The notes: a model not told the origin generated them from the letters alone. A stretch of 64,000 bases of DNA from a virus (IMGVR_UViG_3300042013_000103); one strand, 5' to 3'; shown: positions 38,656 to 48,165, counted from the first letter of the stretch. Numbers and translations: made by a program.

Positions 38656-39280
38656 TCTCCTCGTAAGGTTCCTCGGATTCGTTGGCTTTTAACCAATCGT
38701 CGAGTAAACGAATGGAGTCCTCAAAGTACAGGTTTACCCGTACAGGCACCCCTGCGTCGACTGCCAGCCTGACGGCGGTGTTAGTGCCGCCGTGGACGCG
38801 TTCGTTCTCACGCTTACCGATGGGTTCAGCGTAATACCAAAGCTCTTTAACGAGCTCCTGGAGCGTGTGACCGTGTATCTGAAAGGCATTTCGTGTGTGT
38901 TGCCGAATACCCCACTCCCCTAAGCCACCCCAACCGCCACGCGCAAGGCTGGCCAACGCGCGTGCAGTGCTGTAGGTGTCTTCGAAAGCCAGGGCATCGT
39001 AGAAGAACGGCATGTCCTTGACCCGACGACGGTTGTTGCCGTCTTCCGCTAGGTAAATGCGTGCTCCGATTTCGTTGCAGCGTTCCGATTGTTTCGCCCC
39101 GTACCAAAAAGCACGGTCAGACCCGTACGCGTCGCCCGATGACCACGCATACCCCAGGTCGGTTTTGGTCCGACCCAACCGGATCATGTATTCAAGGATG
39201 TGCTCGGGGACTTTTCGGGAACCAACCCCGGCGACGTAGCCGAGGAACGGGCTGTCTGGTTCGATGAGTTCGGTTGCCAT
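38603..39280 (-). CDS. SLOG/DprA-like nucleotide-binding protein
   Basis: AGVGSRK, SGDAYGSD and HGGT..AV.LA are SLOG-superfamily patterns. Confidence 0.7.
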   Translation of the reverse strand: MATELIEPDSPFLGYVAGVGSRKVPEHILEYMIRLGRTKTDLGYAWSSGDAYGSDRAFWYGAKQSERCNEIGARIYLAEDGNNRRRVKDMPFFYDALAFEDTYSTARALASLARGGWGGLGEWGIRQHTRNAFQIHGHTLQELVKELWYYAEPIGKRENERVHGGTNTAVRLAVDAGVPVRVNLYFEDSIRLLDDWLKANESEEPYEEIDWRQIHDPRDPRLTEF

Positions 39281-39588
39281 GGGCGAGTAGCCTCCACGTA
39301 CATTTTGGTGTTGCCTTTGCTGTCCAGCTGGAGTTGGATATCGCCCCAGCCTTCTTGACGCATCAGCTTCTTAAACTGGATGGTTTGTTCCATGGTCAGT
39401 TTACGCGGCATCAACATCTCGAATGACCAGACCTCCAGTTGGTGAGCGTTGTTGCGCGTCACCTTCACCAGCGACTGCCGGTACTCGACGTTGGACATGG
39501 CAGTGTTAAAGAACCGTACCCACGTGTCGAGTTGGTTGATCACGATGGGTTCCACGGGCATCGCACTGAACGGGATCAACGTTTCCAT
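39184..39588 (-). CDS. hypothetical protein
   Basis: TAATG overlap at 39588. Confidence 0.55.
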   Translation of the reverse strand: METLIPFSAMPVEPIVINQLDTWVRFFNTAMSNVEYRQSLVKVTRNNAHQLEVWSFEMLMPRKLTMEQTIQFKKLMRQEGWGDIQLQLDSKGNTKMYVEATRPWQPNSSNQTARSSATSPGLVPEKSPSTSLNT

Positions 39589-39995
39589 TAACGAGTCTCC
39601 ATGGGAATCCAGTACACCTGACGGTCCACCGTCGAACGCATCGGACGGTACCGATGTCCGTAGATGGACATGTTGGACCAAGGGTTACCGTTTTCTTTCG
39701 CGTTGGTGAACTCCAACGACACGGACTCGGCCGAGACGTAACCCTCCACTTGGGCCTGGGGCAACAGCTTAGCGATGAACGCGTTTAACTCGTAACGGTC
39801 CATCGGTTGCAGGACGTTGTAGGTCGAGCCCACCAACACGTTGCGCAGGACGTAGAACTTGTTACCCTTCAAGTCCAAGTAACTGAGCTTGACCATAGGC
39901 AGGTTCATTTCCAGGTCAATAGCTGACAGAAAAATACGTCGATCGCTGTGGTGTTTGATGTAGCGCTCTTCCTTTAGCGGAATGTGCTTTTGCAT
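39588..39995 (-). CDS. hypothetical protein
   Basis: 135 aa ORF. Confidence 0.65.
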   Translation of the reverse strand: MQKHIPLKEERYIKHHSDRRIFLSAIDLEMNLPMVKLSYLDLKGNKFYVLRNVLVGSTYNVLQPMDRYELNAFIAKLLPQAQVEGYVSAESVSLEFTNAKENGNPWSNMSIYGHRYRPMRSTVDRQVYWIPMETR

Positions 39996-40012
39996 TGTTA
40001 ACCTCTGGTTGC

Positions 40013-40489
40013 TTAGAAGCCGAAGACGATGCGTTCCACGCCTTGGTCTTTCAGCTCTTGCATGTATTCGATGAATGGGTTGCCGACGTAATCACGGATG
40101 GTGATCTGCTCTTTGCAATCCCGGTACACTCGATCGAAATCGTAGTCCAGGATTTCCGAGAGCAACAGCCAACTGTTTTCGTTGTTGTCTTCGTCCAGAC
40201 AATACCCGTGCTTACCTGGAACCGGCGCGGGGACCACCAAGTCGTCCGGTAAGCCGCGGCAATTGGATGGGCCGATCTCCTTGTACCGCAGGAAATCAAA
40301 CGCCCAGCGCCCCATGCGCCCCCGTTTGTGTTGGCGCGGCTCCGTGACCCCGTAAGAGTTTTGATAATAGTACGGACCATTATCGTGCCGTGTTCCCTGA
40401 ATCGGAATATCCAAGGTCACCCAGATCCCGTCCGGGTGTTCTTCATCGACCACTCGACGCTGACCAATGGCTGTTAGGTAGAGTCCCAT
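40013..40489 (-). CDS. conserved-type phage hypothetical protein
   Basis: RGLP.D...SWLLLSEILDYD pattern. Confidence 0.7.
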   Translation of the reverse strand: MGLYLTAIGQRRVVDEEHPDGIWVTLDIPIQGTRHDNGPYYYQNSYGVTEPRQHKRGRMGRWAFDFLRYKEIGPSNCRGLPDDLVVPAPVPGKHGYCLDEDNNENSWLLLSEILDYDFDRVYRDCKEQITIRDYVGNPFIEYMQELKDQGVERIVFGF

Positions 40490-40518
40490 ACCATCCCCCT
40501 ATTGAACCATACCGGTCC

Positions 40519-41832
40519 TTAGCTAGCGAAACCAAAAGCGGCTTTCTTGTTCTGGATCGGTTCCGGACGGAAGTTGATCACTTCGGCCAAGGTCACGTCG
40601 TTGGTCGCGAATTCAGCCAGCTCCAGGCCCATCATGGCACGCACGTCGTTGCCCTGCTCGTACGTCATGGTGCCGAACTTCAGAATGTCGAAGCAACGAC
40701 CCGGACGCACCAAGGCTTCATCCACCGAGGCGATGGTAGGCAGGTTGGTGGAGATGATGATCTTCACGTCACGCGACACAATCCCGGCGGTGGTGTTCAG
40801 CAACGCCGACATGGCACTGTTGCCTTCGGTACGTTTCATCACGAGTTTGTCGGAGTCTTCGGTGATCATTACCGAACCCGCTTGGCAATCGCGGATGTAG
40901 TCCGACAGGCCCTGGTGCAACAGCACGTCTTCACGGTCCGCCAAGTGAATCTTCTCGTCCCAGCCACGGGCTTCCATCATCTGCAGAATGAAGTTGGATT
41001 TACCCGTACCCGGAGGACCAATCAACAACATCACATTGGCGTTAGACGCCGCGAACTCGGCCCAGACCTGCGCCGGGGATTTGTTCATGTACGGGTAGAA
41101 CCGGGTGATGTCGCTGTACTCTTTGACCGGCGGAATGGTTTCCACCACCTGGGTCAGTTCGCCTTGCGCGGTCAACCGCAGGCGGGTCAGGAACGCAGTC
41201 GGTTTGGAGTTGGCCAGTTCGTTGAAACCTTTCTCAATGTACTCGGCCAGGGCCGGCACGGCGATCAGGTCCATGCTTGACTTGGTGGCGCTCGAATCCG
41301 GAATCACCAGCGCCCCCAGGATCTGGGTTTCGTTCACGATCAGTCGACCCATCAGCGTACGGATATAACGCAGGCCGATCGGTTTCAACAGCGCGCTGTC
41401 GATCTGCGCGATCAGTGCCTTATCGTGGTCTTCCGGTTTGGCGGCATGGGGCACGTCGGACCTCAGCCCCACCATGGCTTGGTCAAACCCTTTCGATGAA
41501 AAGTAGATCCGCGACACGTCATAAATGTTATCGCCGCGCAGCAGCGCCAGGCACTGGTTCCATTTATTGATTTCTTCCAACAGTGCAGGAGTTGCGGCTT
41601 CAGGCAGAAAATTCATAGTGTTCGTTCCATTTGTGTGGGTAAAGGTAGTGTGTTCGTATTCATCTGGGCGTTTTAAATCGGGTATGTACAAACAACGAAA
41701 GCGGAAGAACCAATCGGTGGTGGTACGAATGTTGAATTCAGCTGAATCGAATACAATCGCTGGGTCCAGGGATCGGGTATCTCGGTTGTCGGTGGGGTAG
41801 TAATCCTTTTTACGGTTAATATCGTGGATCAC
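40519..41832 (-). CDS. AAA+ ATPase with an in-frame N-terminal RKK module (alternative start ATG 41616)
   Basis: GPPGTGKS, ITEDSD, STN, LVRPGRCFD. Confidence 0.9.
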   Translation of the reverse strand: MIHDINRKKDYYPTDNRDTRSLDPAIVFDSAEFNIRTTTDWFFRFRCLYIPDLKRPDEYEHTTFTHTNGTNTMNFLPEAATPALLEEINKWNQCLALLRGDNIYDVSRIYFSSKGFDQAMVGLRSDVPHAAKPEDHDKALIAQIDSALLKPIGLRYIRTLMGRLIVNETQILGALVIPDSSATKSSMDLIAVPALAEYIEKGFNELANSKPTAFLTRLRLTAQGELTQVVETIPPVKEYSDITRFYPYMNKSPAQVWAEFAASNANVMLLIGPPGTGKSNFILQMMEARGWDEKIHLADREDVLLHQGLSDYIRDCQAGSVMITEDSDKLVMKRTEGNSAMSALLNTTAGIVSRDVKIIISTNLPTIASVDEALVRPGRCFDILKFGTMTYEQGNDVRAMMGLELAEFATNDVTLAEVINFRPEPIQNKKAAFGFAS

Positions 41833-42041
41833 CAGGTTTCCCCGTACCTACGGATGGCCATCGATTCCCGATCGCCCGGCACCAGATAATCGGGTCGGTA
41901 ACATTCCAGCACAGGTCCGTGTTCAACCACCGATTGATGGATGTACCGTTCATCCCCTTTCGACGTGGGAAACATGTCTTGCCGTTGGAAGGTGATTTGT
42001 CGGTACCAGTTCAACCATTTCTTGCGATCAATCGCGTGCAT
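41829..42041 (-). CDS. RKK microprotein (MHAIDRKKWL), 70 aa
   Basis: GGAGG SD at ATG 42041. Confidence 0.75.
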   Translation of the reverse strand: MHAIDRKKWLNWYRQITFQRQDMFPTSKGDERYIHQSVVEHGPVLECYRPDYLVPGDRESMAIRRYGETW

Positions 42042-42241
42042 GGGACCTCCTGCAAGAACGTTGTATAATCCACGGGGTAAGGGCACCACCGGGGAGCAGC
42101 AGGAGCGACACCGTGCTTCTCTGGGTTTTGTGGCTTTCGACAAGGATCACCACCGTGGTTGTAATCGTGTTCCGTGCACAGGTCCTTGTTGGGGTCGTCC
42201 GAACTACGCCAGATGAACCCCTTCTTTCGGTTGTACTCCAT
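42011..42241 (-). CDS. RKK microprotein (MEYNRKKGF), 76 aa
   Basis: ORF track plus motif. Confidence 0.7.
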   Translation of the reverse strand: MEYNRKKGFIWRSSDDPNKDLCTEHDYNHGGDPCRKPQNPEKHGVAPAAPRWCPYPVDYTTFLQEVPCTRLIARNG

Positions 42242-42434
42242 GGTGCGGCCCTAGGAAAGTTTGATGGTCGTTCGGGTATCGATAGAGGTAAGGTTCAAGT
42301 CGTTGGTGTGCCCACTGCTCCGGATCACAACCGACCTGCTTCTCCTCCATGGGTTTACCCTCATGAAAACTACGCAACCCTTTATGCACCCAGAACCCCC
42401 CGAAACACCGATTCTTTTTACGACAGACGTTCAT
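42204..42434 (-). CDS. RKK microprotein (MNVCRKKNR), 76 aa
   Basis: ATGA overlap plus motif. Confidence 0.7.
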   Translation of the reverse strand: MNVCRKKNRCFGGFWVHKGLRSFHEGKPMEEKQVGCDPEQWAHQRLEPYLYRYPNDHQTFLGPHHGVQPKEGVHLA

Positions 42435-42637
42435 GGTCGATAATCCTTCTCCAGCCTAAACACGGCATTGTTGTCAGGGTAGCCCGTGGGAGTTTCTCGA
42501 AGACACCCATATTCGTCCGGATTATCATTGTCGTCGAATTCACGGGCCGTGCGGGTGCCGTAATCGCACGTACGCGTACGGCTGTCCTTCCACCGACTGT
42601 ATTTCCGGGGATGTTTCTTACGCATGGTATCCAGCAT
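42431..42637 (-). CDS. RKK microprotein (MLDTMRKKHP), 68 aa
   Basis: ORF track plus motif. Confidence 0.7.
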   Translation of the reverse strand: MLDTMRKKHPRKYSRWKDSRTRTCDYGTRTAREFDDNDNPDEYGCLRETPTGYPDNNAVFRLEKDYRP

Positions 42638-42640
42638 CGA

Positions 42641-42853
42641 CTAGGTCTCCGGAAGAAAGGTAGTCTGACAGTGGCGGTCATCCCGGCGTAACTTGGTTTC
42701 TTTGTCCTCGAGGATGACCCACTCTTCTTGGTTTTCAGCCAAGTGGCTGTTGTAGTCAGTTACATGGACGGGATCGGCGTGCAAGGTACGTTGTCCATCT
42801 TGCCTAAAGGACCGTCGGGGAAAACCTTTCTTCCGGTAGACGTCTATAATCAA
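42641..42853 (-). CDS. RKK microprotein (MIIDVYRKKGF), 70 aa
   Basis: TTG start plus motif. Confidence 0.7.
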   Translation of the reverse strand: MIIDVYRKKGFPRRSFRQDGQRTLHADPVHVTDYNSHLAENQEEWVILEDKETKLRRDDRHCQTTFLPET

Positions 42854-42856
42854 AAC

Positions 42857-43075
42857 CTATACCCCACCTTTTACTCTGGGCATGTGTCCGTCGTTGTTAT
42901 CGGGATGCATGGTAACGGTATCCAAACAATCAAACTCGATGTCAGGGTCTTCTGGTCCGGACAAATCTATCGAATGCCAATCTGACCAATTAGCCGATCT
43001 CGACATGCGTTCACCACACATCCCCAACCCAGGATTACGGTGCAATTGTTTCTTACGGGTGAGTTCATGGGACAT
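42857..43075 (-). CDS. RKK microprotein (MSHELTRKKQL), 72 aa
   Basis: start moved to ATG 43075. Confidence 0.7.
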   Translation of the reverse strand: MSHELTRKKQLHRNPGLGMCGERMSRSANWSDWHSIDLSGPEDPDIEFDCLDTVTMHPDNNDGHMPRVKGGV

Positions 43076-43106
43076 CGGTGGGCTGCCCTTCTTTCCATCC
43101 ATAACC

Positions 43107-43319
43107 TTACCTGCGGGTGATAAGACGACTTTGTCCCGTGTCCAAGGACTGGGTGTACGTTCTGTGTGCCCGACGAAAATCCGAGTTAGCCCAACCCATC
43201 TGGTCTTCCCGGGCAGTGTCGTAGAAATCACCCGTTTCCATGGCTTCCACCGAAACATGCGCGCGGCCAGGATGACGGTCCGCTTTCTTGCGCCAGAACT
43301 CTACGTCAACGCAGTTCAC
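43107..43319 (-). CDS. RKK microprotein (MNCVDVEFWRKKAD), 70 aa
   Basis: GTG 43319 after GGGA. Confidence 0.65.
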   Translation of the reverse strand: MNCVDVEFWRKKADRHPGRAHVSVEAMETGDFYDTAREDQMGWANSDFRRAHRTYTQSLDTGQSRLITRR

Positions 43320-43476
43320 GGCGGTTCCCAGGTTTTCGCTGAGCGGTGGAGTTAGGGACCAACGCTTCTGACCGGAACACCAGTCGCGAGGAGCGTTGCA
43401 TCTCGATGTCGAGCAACCAATGAGCGTACAACATCTCATCGTCGAGACGAGGGATGGGGGCCTGCTTATTCGGCAT
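43306..43476 (-). CDS. 56 aa leader gene of the RKK operon, not in track
   Basis: GAGGA SD; MPNKQAPIPRLDDEMLYAHW. Confidence 0.6.
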   Translation of the reverse strand: MPNKQAPIPRLDDEMLYAHWLLDIEMQRSSRLVFRSEALVPNSTAQRKPGNRRELR

Positions 43477-43515
43477 AGTAAAGGTCCTCGTAAAATCGAT
43501 GGGGCTAGCATAAAG

Positions 43516-43546
43516 GTAATATAGTCTTGACTTTTTCTAAAATGCG
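43516..43546 (-). promoter_or_regulatory. early promoter upstream of the RKK array
   Basis: CGCATTTTA-N12-ACTATATTAC. Confidence 0.8.
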
Positions 43547-43551
43547 ACATA

Positions 43552-43573
43552 CTGCCTCCCAGCCGGGAGGCAG
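43552..43573. terminator. hairpin/terminator
   Basis: ctgcctccc-agcc-gggaggcag. Confidence 0.6.
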
Positions 43574-43803
43574 ATATGCTTTTTGCCAAGACCTCTTTGC
43601 AGAGGCTATAGAACAAGGCGCCGTTGAACACCAGCGATATCTCACGACAAGGCCTTAAGGCGTTCGCTAGGTTATGGACTGGATCACCCCCTTAAAGTGC
43701 AGCGCTTAACGCAAACTGCCTCGCTCTATATAACATGATACAGCGGGTAGTTATTTACGAAATGGACAATCTTATGACCTTTCCCCATCCCCTTTAAACA
43801 GGA

Positions 43804-45912
43804 TTGCCCGCAATGTTCGATTTCTATCGGAAAAAGACGGACGTAGTACAGGCCAAGGAAAACGATACCGAAATCTTCTTGTCGGGCATCGATGGCCACG
43901 CCCTCATCCGGGACATCAACAAACACTGGAAAACCACCAAGATCACCAGCTACATGTTTAACAAGATCGAACGCACGGGGGTCAGCTTCTACAAGTTCTG
44001 GGCCGTGGAAGTGCTGTACATGGTTGCCGAAATCAAGAACTACCGCAACCGTTACACCTCGGTCCGCACCATGAATGCTATTAAGGAAGCGTTGCTCAAA
44101 GACACATGGCTGAAGTCCACGTTGCCCGAGAACACGTTGAACAAAGCAGGACGGTTGAACTTCGATAACCTCAAACGTTTGAAGTTCACGCCCGAGCCGT
44201 ACCAGATGGATTACTTCAAGGACTACGCCCACCGGTTAGACCAGTACGGGTTGAACGGGGACTTGATGGCTGCCGCCGCCGGTACCGGGAAAACTTTTTT
44301 GTCCACCGCCATTGCAGAAATGCTCGATGCCAAATATTTTGTGGTGGTAGCCCCGAAAGTAGCGATTGAGACGGTGTGGATTACATCCATCCCCGATATG
44401 TACCATAAAGAACCAACCACCTGGAACACCATCAGTGGCGACCCCTATAAAGGTGAGAGGGTATTGTTGGTACATTACGAGGCATTGGACCGTTTGTTGG
44501 AAATCACCGACCGCTTGGGGACCACAGATGTGGTGGTGTACCTGGACGAGTCGCACAACCTGAACACCCCCGACAGCTTACGGACCACGTTGTTTGCGCA
44601 AGCGTGCCGTGCGGTGAAATGCCGGAACATCCTGGAAGGGTCAGGCACGGCGTTGAAAGCGATGGGCGCGGAACTGATTCCCTTGTACCGGTTGATCGAC
44701 CCTCTGTTCACGGACAAGGTGGAATTCCGGTTCAAGAAGATCTACGGCAAAGAAGCCAAGAAAGGGTTGGACATCATTCAACACCGCTTGTCCATCTCTT
44801 CGTACAAGATCGAGAAAGCCGAACTGGCGTTGGCCCCACCGATCATGCGTGCTCACCCGATCAAAATCCCCAATGGGGACATGTTCACGTTGGACGCGAT
44901 CAAGGTCGATGCCCATAAGTTCATCAAAGAACGCTGGGTCTATTACGACAAACGCCGGAAGGCCGATGAAGCGTTCTGGGCCAGGTGCATGGACATGTTG
45001 CACAACACCCAGAAAGGCGGCACCAAGGAAGCGGAACTCAAGACCTACCTCCGGAACTTAAAGGTGGTGGTCAACGCAGGCATGGTCTGGGAAATCCCAG
45101 ATGAACTGAAAGCCTGCACCAAGTACGAGAAAGAAGTCTTTGAGAAGTGTTTGCCAGCGACGTGGGTAAAACAGTTCCGGGACGTGAAGTCCGTGATCAA
45201 GTACACCAATTTGAAGATACAGGGAGAGTGTCTTGGACGTATCCTCGGCGGTAAGAGAATTGAAGCTCACGTGGCAATGGTCCCGTTCGTGGACTGGGTT
45301 GGCATTGTGGAGTCTACGGAAAAGAAAACAATTATGTTTACTTCGTTTGTCGAAGCGCTTGAGGCAGCCGAGAGCCACACGCAGAAGTTAGGGTTTAAAC
45401 CGATCGTTGTCTATGGGAAGACTTCCAATGACTTGGCCACTAGCGTGGATCGTTTTGATACTGATGCTCAACTCAACCCCCTTATTGCTACTTTTGCCAC
45501 GTTGTCGACAGCGGTTCGCTTGACGATGGCCGACACCATGATCATGCTGAACTCCCCGTTCCGGCAATACATCATGGAGCAAGCGATTTCACGTATCTAC
45601 CGGATGGGCCAGGACTCGCAAACCTACGTGTACCAGGTCTCGCTCGACACCGGAGACAAACCGAACATCTCCACACGTTCTGCAGACATTCTGGCGTGGT
45701 CAACCGAAATGGTGGAGGCCATGCTTGGGGTAAAATCTCCATTCATCGTAGGCGAGGCTTTAGAGGCCTTTGAGCACTGCCAGTTCGATGAAGACCGTGC
45801 CTTGCACTATCAGCTGTCCAAAGCGTACGAACCGTTGGGCATTGACATTGCCCTTGAGCAATTCCTGATGCCTTCCCCTATTGCAAACAAACCAGCGTAC
45901 ATGAGCTGGTAA
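43804..45912 (+). CDS. SNF2/SF2-type helicase
   Basis: AAAGTGKT, LDESHN, SGT, EQAISRIYRMGQ; the start may be ATG 43813. Confidence 0.9.
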   Translation: MPAMFDFYRKKTDVVQAKENDTEIFLSGIDGHALIRDINKHWKTTKITSYMFNKIERTGVSFYKFWAVEVLYMVAEIKNYRNRYTSVRTMNAIKEALLKDTWLKSTLPENTLNKAGRLNFDNLKRLKFTPEPYQMDYFKDYAHRLDQYGLNGDLMAAAAGTGKTFLSTAIAEMLDAKYFVVVAPKVAIETVWITSIPDMYHKEPTTWNTISGDPYKGERVLLVHYEALDRLLEITDRLGTTDVVVYLDESHNLNTPDSLRTTLFAQACRAVKCRNILEGSGTALKAMGAELIPLYRLIDPLFTDKVEFRFKKIYGKEAKKGLDIIQHRLSISSYKIEKAELALAPPIMRAHPIKIPNGDMFTLDAIKVDAHKFIKERWVYYDKRRKADEAFWARCMDMLHNTQKGGTKEAELKTYLRNLKVVVNAGMVWEIPDELKACTKYEKEVFEKCLPATWVKQFRDVKSVIKYTNLKIQGECLGRILGGKRIEAHVAMVPFVDWVGIVESTEKKTIMFTSFVEALEAAESHTQKLGFKPIVVYGKTSNDLATSVDRFDTDAQLNPLIATFATLSTAVRLTMADTMIMLNSPFRQYIMEQAISRIYRMGQDSQTYVYQVSLDTGDKPNISTRSADILAWSTEMVEAMLGVKSPFIVGEALEAFEHCQFDEDRALHYQLSKAYEPLGIDIALEQFLMPSPIANKPAYMSW

Positions 45913-45927
45913 CACTGGAGTATACCC

Positions 45928-46281
45928 ATGCCCTCGGCTACTAAAACTTTCATGATCACCGAGATCAATCGGTTTCTGAACAAATTAATCGGCGCTACTC
46001 CCAAGGCGATCTACGTGACCAACACCTTGGCCGCAGGCGCGAGCGTGGTACTGGACGTTCCTGTTTTGTTGGGTTTTGTGGCGGCGAATTACCACGTCTA
46101 CACGACCTACCTGGATTTTAAGGTGGATGACCCGGATTCGGCAGCCAACCCTAAACCGGTAATTGCTTCGTACTTTGCACTGGACTATTCCATTGCAGCC
46201 GACGGCAAGGTCACCCTCACCAACCGTCACACCTCGCCAGTGGTTTACCACGGGCGGATCCAGACCCCAGTCAAGCAGTAA
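45928..46281 (+). CDS. putative virion structural/tail-associated protein
   Basis: beta-rich 117 aa ORF co-oriented with the tail-fibre-like gene. Confidence 0.5.
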   Translation: MPSATKTFMITEINRFLNKLIGATPKAIYVTNTLAAGASVVLDVPVLLGFVAANYHVYTTYLDFKVDDPDSAANPKPVIASYFALDYSIAADGKVTLTNRHTSPVVYHGRIQTPVKQ

Positions 46282-46290
46282 GGAAATCCC

Positions 46291-48156
46291 ATGGTAGATA
46301 TCATCTCGGACAAAGTACCGGGATGGTACGGGGGCACCCTCGACGTAACCGTGACTTTTCCTGGCAACGTACGGAAAGCATTGGTAACCCGGGGTGAAGT
46401 TGCACCTGTACTGTCTGAAATCATCGCATACGACAAAGACCCGACCACCCAAGCACCGCGTCCATTTTTGGCCGTGACGCAAGACGGCCGGGGCAACGTG
46501 GTCTACGACGGAGGATTTCCCAAGTACTACAACGATAACGTAGTGGGCACCCCAACCACCTTTGCCCAACTGAGTGGGTCCTGTAAGTTCTTTCACAACG
46601 CCTTGAAGTTCTGTGCCAACCCGATCAAGGTAGCCCAAGGCAATAACAAAGTCCTTATTGTCGGGAACACCTTGGCCACGGAGTCGTTCAACCACAAGTT
46701 CAGCGTGGTCAACAACATCGGACCGTCTGCGCTGCAAGCACACGGTATGGCAGACGCTTGGTTACCCGCCGCGCAGATCGCGGGGTTTGTGGTCACCCAG
46801 AAAGACGCTTCGGATTTCCCGGGCGGTATCGTGGATCTCACGTTCGCGATGCTTGACCAATACTGCATGGTGGTGTTCTTGGCCTCGGTGAACTTGGCCC
46901 AAGGGACCACGCGGTTGACGCCCAGCACACCCACGGAACTGGCAACCTACCGGGCATCGGGGAACGGGATCTTTTTGATCACCGACCATTGTGGGGACGT
47001 CTACACTTCCGCGGCCGATGCGTTTGCTCGACGGAGTGTGTTTGCGGCCGATGCGATTTACATCGCAGCCCAGTACGGGACGTACTTCTCAGGGAACTAC
47101 GACCGCACCAACGTGCGCGTGGGGGACATTCGGGCAGAGAATGGGGACCATCCGTTGTTCGCCAACATTGGGGACAACGAAGAGCTCATTGGTATGGTGT
47201 CGGAGTCGATCGTGTACGTCGACGATCATGCAGCGGATGAAGTCTCGCCCCTCGCACCCATCACGTACAACCTCACCACCCCCGGGGTGAACCGTATCAA
47301 CGCCATGGTACAGCTGAATGACGGCACCATCATTTCCAGACCGATGCGGTTTGATTTGATCAACGTGTCCGACATTAAGATCCGGGATTCTCGCGTCCGG
47401 AACTTGAACGCTGGGATCACCACATCGAAGCGAGCGTTTGACCTGTCCTTGGCCTACCCCATTGCGTCACCGCCCACCCTGACGGGCAACGTGCGTAGCA
47501 ATGGGGTGTTTCAAGGCACGTTCAGCATCAGTGCTGGCGTAATGACTTACGTGCCCCGAACCGGTAACAACTCAACATTTGCGTTGAACAACACGGACAT
47601 CGTGACCTTCGAGATCCTGTTACCGTTTATCTACAACGTCAACATTACCATTACCACGGCCAACATGTCCACTTTGGTGGCTGGCTGGAAAAGCCCTGCG
47701 CAATTCAGCGGTGAATTGATCAAGACGTTTGATTACAACGGCATGTCCCGCATGGACGGGTTGAAGATGCATTGGGAGTTTGCCAACAAGCATTTCCGCA
47801 ATAAGCCATACACCTTGGGCAACGCTTGGGGCTATTGGCCTCGAATCTTGCCACGGATGCTGCGCACGCTCTCGGGAGTGTTGTCCTCCATTGACGTTTG
47901 GATTGTCACCAACGCAGCTCAATGGGCGACCACCAAACCCGCCAACCCATTCATTGGACAGACCTGCATCGTGGCCAACGACAACAGCCTGTACACGTGG
48001 TGGGACCGAGACAACAACGGACTGGTGGCGTGGTACCCCAATGCAGGCGCTTCTGACAACGCTGCAGCGGTGTTCCAAGTCGGACGAACGGCTTACAACC
48101 TGAGGGATGGATTGCCTTGGGTGATTAACTCTACCAACACCGTGCTGGCCCCGTAA
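46291..48156 (+). CDS. putative virion structural (tail fibre/tip) protein
   Basis: 621 aa, rich in T/N/G and beta strands; YDGGFPKYYN pattern recalled from phiKZ-like virion proteins. Confidence 0.55.
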   Translation: MVDIISDKVPGWYGGTLDVTVTFPGNVRKALVTRGEVAPVLSEIIAYDKDPTTQAPRPFLAVTQDGRGNVVYDGGFPKYYNDNVVGTPTTFAQLSGSCKFFHNALKFCANPIKVAQGNNKVLIVGNTLATESFNHKFSVVNNIGPSALQAHGMADAWLPAAQIAGFVVTQKDASDFPGGIVDLTFAMLDQYCMVVFLASVNLAQGTTRLTPSTPTELATYRASGNGIFLITDHCGDVYTSAADAFARRSVFAADAIYIAAQYGTYFSGNYDRTNVRVGDIRAENGDHPLFANIGDNEELIGMVSESIVYVDDHAADEVSPLAPITYNLTTPGVNRINAMVQLNDGTIISRPMRFDLINVSDIKIRDSRVRNLNAGITTSKRAFDLSLAYPIASPPTLTGNVRSNGVFQGTFSISAGVMTYVPRTGNNSTFALNNTDIVTFEILLPFIYNVNITITTANMSTLVAGWKSPAQFSGELIKTFDYNGMSRMDGLKMHWEFANKHFRNKPYTLGNAWGYWPRILPRMLRTLSGVLSSIDVWIVTNAAQWATTKPANPFIGQTCIVANDNSLYTWWDRDNNGLVAWYPNAGASDNAAAVFQVGRTAYNLRDGLPWVINSTNTVLAP

Positions 48157-48165
48157 TGCGGCATA

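Larger units (their letters stand above)
41617..43319 (-). repeat. tandem array of eight ~70 aa RKK-motif microprotein modules
   Basis: RKK within the first 12 residues of each; lengths 68-76 aa. Confidence 0.85.
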
